This document shows, piece by piece, positions 30,501-37,500 of a DNA stretch of 64,000 nucleotides. The translations under genes and the position numbers were made by a program. Position 1 is the first letter of the stretch; every line of letters begins with the position of its first letter. This stretch comes from an uncultured Lentisphaeraceae bacterium (lineage in GTDB: Bacteria > Verrucomicrobiota > Kiritimatiellia > RFP12 > UBA1067). The DNA is taken from contig CAYMLQ010000001.1 of NCBI GenBank assembly GCA_964390795.1, positions 2,365 through 66,364 of the forward strand. Direction: 5' to 3'. The notes below the pieces were generated by a model. The model made no database searches. It saw only the letters and a list, made by a program, of their open reading frames with translations, and was not told where the DNA came from.

Positions 30501-32929
30501 CACTCCAGATACCCCTTCACCGGTTTGTAGTCGGTTCCGGGCACCGCCGTGATCTGCTGGGTCTGGTAACGCACACGAATCCGCCCGTCCTTGGCGCTCC
30601 GGAGCACCTTGAGGAGCGCGGTCGGCGTCCCCTCCTTGTACGTATACGCGGCCTTCTCAAACTTCACGGTGCCGACCGTCTGCGCCAGGTAGTTCAGCGT
30701 GTAGGCGCTGTCCGTAGAATTTTCCGAGTCTTCGTGCCCGACCTTCACATAATAGGTACCCGCGACCTCCGGCAGGAGCCGAATGCTCGTCCCCTCTCCC
30801 ACCACGGTGGTCAGATCCGCCCGATAGAGGGTGATCCACGGTGCGCCCGTGTACGGCGACAACGTGAACGTGTAATAGGAATCGGTCTTGAAGGTGACCT
30901 TGAACCAGTCCGCAGCGTCATCCTCCCACAGGCTGTGGGAGCGCTTCTGGCTCTTGTTCGTCGGCGTCAGCGCCGTCGCCGTGGCGGGAAGGTCGTCCTT
31001 CGGGTCGGACGTATCGTTGTAGTTGACCGATACGACGGTCGGCGTCGCACCGGCGTTCACGGTCACGGCCTGATTCGCGGGCGTGGCCCAGTCGGTCACT
31101 GGGGTGAACTTCACCGTCTGCGCACCGGCCACCAGAATCGTGGCTCCCGGCGGGTACTTCGGCGCGGAGGCGCCGTCTAAGACCAGCGACCAAGAGGCTC
31201 CATCGGCCGCCGTCGGCCCGCCGATATTCACCTGAAGCATCCCAAGCGACGCGCCCGCCTTATAGGCCAGCGCGTACAGCGTATAGGGCCCATAGTCGAC
31301 ACCCTGCCCGTCCTGAACGAACACCTGGATATAGAAGGACCCATTCGCCGTCGCAGTAAACGTGCCTCCAGTCGCGAGATCGCCAAGTGTCGCAAACGGC
31401 TTGAGGGTCGTGCCGCTCAGCGTGTAGATGTGCGCTGCGAGCGTGAAATCGTCAAATCCCTCGGCCACAGCCTGGAGTTTGTACGAGACGTCCTTGCGAG
31501 CGTCGATCCTGAACCAGTCGGCCCAGTCCGTGAGCCCAAAGGTGTGCGGCCCGTGTGCGGCGCCCGCAGCCACGGCCGAGTCCCCGGCCGCACCGGGAAG
31601 CGGAGCGAGACCCGCCGCACCCGCGTACGCATCATCGCCGGCATCCCAGTCGTCCGCTTGCCCAGCCGCGCCAGCCGCCAGCTTGCGCGCGGAGAAGACG
31701 CAGTCGACCTCCCCGGTGGGCTCCTCCAGATCCTGACACACTCCCACCCAATAGTCGCCGGTCGCTGGCGCCTTGAACGCGATGCCGGTCTGTGAGTCAC
31801 CCTGAGCCTTGTGGCGGTTCACCAGCAACACCGTCCCCTTGGCATCGTAGAGTTCCATCACCAGTCCGTCCGGCACCTCGTCGCCGGACGTCTCGAACAC
31901 ATAGATCGAGTCCTTGGTGAGCGTGACCTTGAAAAGCTGCTCGTCGATGATCGGGTCAAAGAAGCCGCTGGTAGGATTGTTGCGCGCGAACGGAATGAAG
32001 TTCGTCTCCACGCCAACCACGGTCGGTGCCCCGAGGATGATCGCGCTCGCGTGGGCGACTGGCAGCCGCGCCGGAATCACCTGGTATTTGAAGGTGAACT
32101 GTGCGCTGTCGACGCCCGCCACGATCGCCTGATGACGTCCGGTCTGCGCAGGCACAACGATTTTGCTGTTATTATATTCGTCCGTCCAATCGCCCTCGAT
32201 CACGACGGGTTCGGTGACCCCTTCCCCCTCCAGAATCGTGATATCGAAGCCCAGATTGTCCTGCGTTCCTTTTTCAGTCCAGAATTTGTACTTGTTGCCC
32301 AACGTCAGCGTCATGTTGAAATAGTAGAACCCGTCATGCAGGTTGGCCGTCGTTGCGCCGAGATTGGTTCCGACAGAAATCGTCGCCGGGTTCTCATCCG
32401 TACCCACGGGGATCGGCTCGGTCACGGCCGCCGCCACATAGTTCAGCGTCACACTCTGATCGACCTCGCCCGAAAGCACCAGATAGTAGGTGCCGGATGT
32501 CAATTCCTCGTCGTATTCCCAATCAGCAGCGGTGATCGGCAGCCAAACGTTCTTCGCGTCGCGGGCGGGCCAGCCGGAAAAAGCCGTCCAAAGCTCACCA
32601 GCCACAACATGGCCGACAGACGCGTCGACGCTGTCCCCACTGGTCGCGGAAGTCCAGAACGTATATTCTGTTCCCCGTTTCAGAGAGACCTTAAAATAAT
32701 AGACACCCCAGCCGGAAAGCTCGCCTTCCACCTTCTCGTCGGCCAGATTCACGGTCTTGCTGCTTTCAGAGCTACCCACAGTCAGCAGGGCTGCTGTGGT
32801 CCGGCTGTCGCCCGTCGCGGCCAGCACCACTGTCGGCCACGCCAGGCAAACACCCGCAACCGCGCACAGTAGAAACCGGACAACCCCATTCTTGACAATA
32901 ACGACACTCTGATTGACTGACTGTTTCAT
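27509..32929 (-). CDS. Giant secreted multidomain protein (paralog 6, divergent): PPC (pre-peptidase C-terminal)-like repeats, Calx-beta, Ig-like domains and a divergent copy of the conserved C-terminal family domain
   Basis: The track ORF 27509..32962 starts at a TTG; I prefer the ATG at 32927-32929 (MKQSVNQ...), which has a GGAGGG Shine-Dalgarno ~6 bp upstream. PPC-like motifs are GVYYFKVSLKRGTEYTFW and GFYYFNMTLTLGNKYKFW. The Calx-beta segment reads PGTDYKPVKGYLEWANGDSLAKTISVPLIPD. The C-terminal segment (...FTRATGLFSGTF...FQGVLTP...GLGFYQIPEK) matches the family. Confidence 0.8.
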   Translation of the reverse strand: MKQSVNQSVVIVKNGVVRFLLCAVAGVCLAWPTVVLAATGDSRTTAALLTVGSSESSKTVNLADEKVEGELSGWGVYYFKVSLKRGTEYTFWTSATSGDSVDASVGHVVAGELWTAFSGWPARDAKNVWLPITAADWEYDEELTSGTYYLVLSGEVDQSVTLNYVAAAVTEPIPVGTDENPATISVGTNLGATTANLHDGFYYFNMTLTLGNKYKFWTEKGTQDNLGFDITILEGEGVTEPVVIEGDWTDEYNNSKIVVPAQTGRHQAIVAGVDSAQFTFKYQVIPARLPVAHASAIILGAPTVVGVETNFIPFARNNPTSGFFDPIIDEQLFKVTLTKDSIYVFETSGDEVPDGLVMELYDAKGTVLLVNRHKAQGDSQTGIAFKAPATGDYWVGVCQDLEEPTGEVDCVFSARKLAAGAAGQADDWDAGDDAYAGAAGLAPLPGAAGDSAVAAGAAHGPHTFGLTDWADWFRIDARKDVSYKLQAVAEGFDDFTLAAHIYTLSGTTLKPFATLGDLATGGTFTATANGSFYIQVFVQDGQGVDYGPYTLYALAYKAGASLGMLQVNIGGPTAADGASWSLVLDGASAPKYPPGATILVAGAQTVKFTPVTDWATPANQAVTVNAGATPTVVSVNYNDTSDPKDDLPATATALTPTNKSQKRSHSLWEDDAADWFKVTFKTDSYYTFTLSPYTGAPWITLYRADLTTVVGEGTSIRLLPEVAGTYYVKVGHEDSENSTDSAYTLNYLAQTVGTVKFEKAAYTYKEGTPTALLKVLRSAKDGRIRVRYQTQQITAVPGTDYKPVKGYLEWANGDSLAKTISVPLIPDLRPGWDSDRTFSVLLETVPEGEVEADELVPPFAAPTTAVVTLTEITKKAPGKLGFSGFGSDAEQINAFANAKAPAVTVGAGGAVTLWIARADGADGAVSVTAGTVAGTALAGTHFEAASETLEWEAGDLSPKPFTVATLTTEDPFLAAKAFTVKLTAASGGATLGAASVAFQIRDPSVARTLEEWVAAGGNMTGSALKPSVAGAWFFDEQGLLRCAPLAAKGKSEVTVTLTGPGTLRFAGELSGGAEGDGSALTCMIGSQSIACGDGAEVVRYVAKGAQTVKFTVTRGAGSEADAQVFGRFADWSGQPFEWTPLRAPTLVEPLDKAVLSLGNSGTFRWKAEGVGLFRIYIADTAAKLNRTGALISDYATEGEYCTSCSIYDGFAAGKAYYWRVDSVVPGDDPSDPAQDKLTNPGAAWSFTIWNEAQGAPLTEDLVVGALSAFAHPDGAGYQLIQGLSYLIGPLDAPNGETFKATGLPQGLVLKTVGAETYLAGIPAKTNTVTAIFQASVKVGTATVAGTTFAAPFSVAPAGLAAGTFNGLLTADAMNAHEALASVSSYTAAEAGGLSAKVMIAGKTYAFTGSGFSESIPEVAGGQPGLLALLTLKSTVAGKAYTNTLTVAACRGAATDPGAVDALATAELVLWIPAADNKSAREVTYSGKLVRDNSKVALALAAFKSAAGYYAASLPVAEPVDGAPAGAGYVTLTLAATGSAKLSGVLADGTAWTASAVPGYVSDYEDSGAPALLIPVYTAKAKMAAGGWLVIASDPQSGLPVATGQLDWYNADANATRGGTDGFGLALVPVGGYYDTIFSLQTYYLDAVLTVGAMQAPAAFDATTYTVLLCTPDTYGNVAVNVVGDTLSTDARALAKDATNTKLYDFENSTNPGNLALKFTRATGLFSGTFGLWYGNALGTLQKEQVGLKFQGVLTPCKASGSGYEETPGLGFYQIPEKVGTRTWLGSALFTIDAERFLPDWSEGWGE

Positions 32930-32965
32930 CTCGCCCTCCAACGTTTCACCTTTTCGAACCAAACA

Positions 32966-34159
32966 CTATTTCTGCGGCGGCTGGACCTGCGGCGGCTTGG
33001 GCTGCGGCTTCGCCGCCCGTGTCCACAGATTCGTCCCGTTCGGATAAACGATCGCGGCCTGCGCCTTCAAATTCTCCACATAGGCGTCGATTGCCTGCTG
33101 CTGCATCTGCTGGGTCAGATCCGCCTTAAGACTTGCCGGTGCGGCCAGTTCCGGCGCTGGCTCGCGACACAGGAGAATATGCGCCAACTTAAGGGATTCC
33201 GGCTCGATCACACGGCCCTTATCGTTCTTCTTGGCCGGAATATGTTCCAGCATTTTGACCAAATGAAACCCTTCGTCGTCTTCGAGGACGTCGCTGACCT
33301 CGCCCGGTTTGAGCGCGAAGACCGCCGCCCGCATCTTCAGATTCTGAAACTCGGTACGCTCAAACTCGCCCCAGTAACCGCTGTTGCCTGGCGCGGAGCG
33401 CTGACATTCGGAGTGCTGATCGGCAAGCGTGCCGAACTCGGTTCCTTTGATAATCTCTTCGCGCCACCCTTTAAGCCGGGCGATCTTCAGCGCATTGGTC
33501 GCGTCGATAGCCGCCTGTTCCCCACGAATCGCAGCGTAGGTGGCCTCCATAAACGCATCGTCCACCTTGATTTTTGGGGGGATGTTGGTCGCGATCAGCG
33601 TACTGACCCACACTGTCTGCTCGGCCTCCTTCAACAAAGCCTCTTCTCCGCCGAAAAACGCCTTTTTGAACACGTCCAGTTCCTGGCGCTCCCGTTTCGC
33701 CGCTGCCGCGATCAACTCCTCGGCACGCTTCCGCACCTCCTCCTCGCCCAGCACCTTCCGCTGCTTGGCATCCTGGATCAGAAGCTGCGTGCTGATAAAG
33801 CGGGGAATAAAGGTCTGAACCGCCATGCGCAGCATCGCATGTTTCTGAGCGTTCTGCGCATTCGGTGTCTCAGAGATCTGCTTGACGATCCGCTTCATCG
33901 CAAGGTCGTAGTCCTTACGCCTCAGCGGCGTACCGTTGACGGAAATGATCACGTCTTCCGGAGCCATCTGCTCGATCGTCTTGGAGACGCCGTTCGATCC
34001 GGCGCCCAGCAGCGCAGCGTCGACACGGTTGCTCGCGGAATGTGCCGGCTGTACCGCGACCTGTTCTCCGGACTTGCTTTTACCACAGCCGACAAGCGCC
34101 AAAAGGGCGAACGACAGTAAAGCTGGAAAAAAGATGATCATACTTCTGCACACAGACAT
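32966..34159 (-). CDS. Parvulin-type peptidyl-prolyl cis-trans isomerase lipoprotein (SurA/PrsA/PpiD-like chaperone); likely co-transcribed with the giant-protein array
   Basis: 397 aa with a lipoprotein signal (MIIFFPALLSFALLALVGCGKS). The rotamase domain reads LADQHSECQRSAPGNSGYWGEFERTEFQNLKMRAAVFALKPGEVSDVLEDDEGFHLVKM, preceded by SurA-like chaperone helices. Its stop at 32966 is 36 bp before the paralog 6 ATG at 32929. Confidence 0.8.
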   Translation of the reverse strand: MSVCRSMIIFFPALLSFALLALVGCGKSKSGEQVAVQPAHSASNRVDAALLGAGSNGVSKTIEQMAPEDVIISVNGTPLRRKDYDLAMKRIVKQISETPNAQNAQKHAMLRMAVQTFIPRFISTQLLIQDAKQRKVLGEEEVRKRAEELIAAAAKRERQELDVFKKAFFGGEEALLKEAEQTVWVSTLIATNIPPKIKVDDAFMEATYAAIRGEQAAIDATNALKIARLKGWREEIIKGTEFGTLADQHSECQRSAPGNSGYWGEFERTEFQNLKMRAAVFALKPGEVSDVLEDDEGFHLVKMLEHIPAKKNDKGRVIEPESLKLAHILLCREPAPELAAPASLKADLTQQMQQQAIDAYVENLKAQAAIVYPNGTNLWTRAAKPQPKPPQVQPPQK

Positions 34160-34296
34160 TTCGCGATTCTTCCTCGGTTGCTAGGTCACGTTCAATAAAG
34201 AGGTTTAATTTAACCACGTGAGTTCCCTGTTGTCAACGGGTCATTTGGACAGCAACAGGGCAAACAGGTGGGCGCCGTTAGGGCCGGAGGAACTTC

Positions 34297-34500
34297 GCGT
34301 GTCGTGTCGCACCGGGCGTGTTCCCCGCAAACCCGTCGCCGGCCCCTTGCCCTGCGGACGCCTGCGGGGAGGCGTCCCTACCAGGCTTCGCTAGCCCGTT
34401 GTGCGTGCGTGTCGTGTCGCGCCGGGTAGGGCGGGTTCCCCGCAACCCGCCGCCGGCCCCCGCCGTGCCCTGCGGACGGCTGCGGGGAGGCGTCCCTACC
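34297..34500. repeat. Two tandem copies (~34297-34382 and ~34402-34500) of a GC-rich REP-like palindromic element family
   Basis: Unit: CGYGTGTCGTGTCGCRCCGGG...GTTCCCCGCAAMCCGYCGCCGGCCCC...GCCCTGCGGACGSCTGCGGGGAGGCGTCCCTACC, with internal hairpin GGACGCC-TGCGGGG-AGGCGTCC. It lies between the paralog 7 stop and the PPIase gene. Related copies lie at 41633-41731, 58748-58793 (inverted) and a fragment at ~61023-61060. Confidence 0.75.
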
Positions 34501-34570
34501 TTCGCGCGTCCTGTCCATACACTCGTCGGTTGGTACCAGAAGAATACGAAAAGGGTGCGACCATGTGCCG

Positions 34571-37500
34571 TTACTGATCGACCGGTTCCACCGGTGTCGA
34601 CAGCAACAGGAAATCGTACGACCAATTGAACGGGTACGCGACATCCCGGTTCGATGCATTCTTGTACGAACTCTTGTCCGCCCACAAGAAGAAACCGCAT
34701 CCCTCCTTGCCATCCTCGGCATCCTCGCGCACGGGAGTCAGCAAACCCTCGAACGCGATCGCTTTTGAAGTGTGCGTTGTGACATAGTCAAACCATGCCT
34801 TATATGACCCCTTGAACAGACCCGTCGACCGCGTCAGGTTGATCGTCAACCCGATCGTGTTGTTTGTAACCGCCTTGTAGTCGTAAGCCGCACCAGCTTT
34901 CACAGGCGTCCCGACCTTCGGTGCCGCGAGACCGGTCATCACACCGTAACGGTTGGTGACGGGTGTCAGCGACAGGCCATCCGGATCCCACCAGACCGAC
35001 TCATACCGGTTTGTTCCGGAGATCAACACAGGCGTCGGCTCGTTCGCCGTGCCGACAGCCAACGTCATGCCAGCATAATACCGGTACAGGTTGCCCACCG
35101 TGTCATACCAGCCGCCGTACAAGCCTGTCTCCCGCTTAAAGCCCACGCCGTATTCGCGCGTGGCCTGCGCGTTGTGGCTCTCCCAGAGGAGCGCCTCGCG
35201 GTTCAGCGGGCGCACGACAGTCGGCCCTTCAGCGTCGGGCCGCACGAACTCGGCCAAACCGAAGAATGAGCCGCCCATGTAGGAAGAGGGCGCGGTGAAC
35301 AGCGCGACGAACACCACGCCGTCCGCGTCAAGCAGCAGCGTCGCGCTTGAGGAGACGGTCACGCCGTCCGCCAGCTTGCCCGCCACTTTGACCGCTCCGT
35401 TGCTGGTGGCCGTGAGGGCCAGATAACCGCTTCCGAAGTCGTCGTCGCCGGCGCCGTTCGCCTGAGGCAGCACCGTCGTATAGTAGCCGGCGGCAATCCC
35501 GGCCGCCCCAGCCCGCGCCGCGCTCAGCGGCCTGTCGCCCCAGCCGTTCCGGTAGAGCCTGGCCCCAAACGCCCCCTCGCCGTCCGCGAGTTCCGCGCAG
35601 CCGTTGGTAGGATTCACCAGCAGGGTCAAGACCACCCGGTTGGTTCCCTTAGAGGCTTTCGCGATCAGGTTGGTTGCGGCATACCAGCCATCTTGCGTTG
35701 GCTCACTGTAGCGGCGAGTCACTTCGAAAGCGTAATTCGTGACCGCAAAAACAAGCTTGCCCGTGATTTTTCCCGCCGCGTCGACCGTCAGCGTGGCCAC
35801 TCCGTACTCTTCCGGTACGGTCGCCTCGGCTTCACCCCGCCACGCGTAACCGTTGAACGCTCCGGTCGTCTCGCGGGCGTCGTCCGAGACCCACTCGATG
35901 TCAGAGACCCAGCCGTAGGCGCCCGCGCTGGCGTCGGTCGCCCCGCGCTTGAAAGTCCACGTCACGGTCTGCAAGCCAGCAGGCACCCAGACACGGTTCG
36001 CCCCGTTCGTCACGGTCTGCGCGACTCGCGTGCCGGCCTTCACGATGAAGGTGCAGCCGTTGCCGGTGGCATTGGTGGTGTCCGCATTGAACAGGATCGT
36101 TCCCGGCCCCGTCACTTTGGCCGTCATCACCGAAGAGCCGCTTCTTGAGGCAGGCGGCGCGCACCGAAGGACAGTCCCGTCTTCACCCGTGCCAAACCAG
36201 GCGCCGGCTGCGGCGCTGAACGGCACGCGCGTCACATCGCCGGCGTAAGCGGCGAGGGTCTGCGTGAACACGTCGTCGGTCACGTTCAGCATGGCCAGGT
36301 TTGCGCCTCCCGCCACGCTGGCGTTCGGCGAGGTGAGCGTCAGGGTGACCTTGCGCGCCTGCTGATAGCCTGCCTTGGTCGGCACCTGAACCTCCACCCG
36401 CTTGAGCCCGTCCTCCATGCTGGCCCACAGCGCATTGGTCTGGCCCAGTTTCAGCGTGCCATCCACCCAGGACAGGACGGAGGTCACTGCGCCCGAGTTC
36501 TTGCCGGTCCGCTTGAGCCAGAAGATCAGCTGATCGCCCTCCTTGGCCTCAATAGGGACTCTCGGCGAGAAGGCGTTGTTTCCCTCGCCGATACCGGCGA
36601 ACGCAAGCAGAGGCGCGGTCGGCCTGTCCTTTTCCGTCAGCGTCACCGTCATGAGAGCAAGCCCGTCCAGCTCCTGCGCCGTGTCGGGATCAACCGCAAG
36701 ATCCGCAAAAAAGGTCTCGGCGTCCTCCCACAGCGTGTCCTTCTTCAGCAGGGTCAGGGTCACGCTCTTGTCCGACAGATCCGCCGGCCCCCAGGTAACG
36801 GTCACATTCGTTGCGGCATAATCGCTGCCTGCGGTGGCTGTGCCGTTGCGGGTCGAGACCCGTGCGGTCACCAGCCCTTCCAGAACATCCTCGGCCTCGC
36901 ACCGGACTCGCAGCACGACGGTGCGATCCGACTCGCTCACGGTCACGGCGTTGGAGGTGAAGCCGAGGGCGCACCGCGGCACCTCGCGGTAAAGCAGCCC
37001 GTACTGGACGCAGGACGCCTCATCCGTCTCTCTCACGAGCGCCACAGTCAGCCACCCGCTGGCCGACGCTTGGAAGTCAATGCGGTTCGTCAGCAGGGTG
37101 GACAGCGGAACCTCAAGCCACGCGTTCGCGTTGGTGTAGAAGACGGCCTTGGCGGTCGACGCGGCGACACCCTCCTGAACCAGGTTCGTCAGGCTGACGC
37201 GGTAACGCAAGCCGGCCTGTAGGTTGGTGAAGACCAGCCAATCGGCCGTATCGGCGCCGTTCAGCGTGCCGGCCACCGACTGATTCAAACGGGCCATCGC
37301 GAGATGCAGCTCGGTGTTCTCCGCCCCAGCGTCGCGTGTGCCGTCGCGCGAACCGTCTGCGCCATCGCGCCCATCGAACTGCGCGTCCGTCTCTTGAATG
37401 GTAACCGTCGCGTTTGTGACACCCATCTCCACGGCACCGTCGGCGGACAGCCGCACGCCGAACGACCGGTCCCCCGTCCACAGGTTGCGGGTGTCGGGCG

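Noticed and set aside
34297-34500. Possible CRISPR array suggested by direct GC-rich repeats.
   Set aside because: There are only two tandem units, with no regular unique spacers. The units are themselves palindromic REP-like elements, with dispersed copies elsewhere. No cas genes are in the window.
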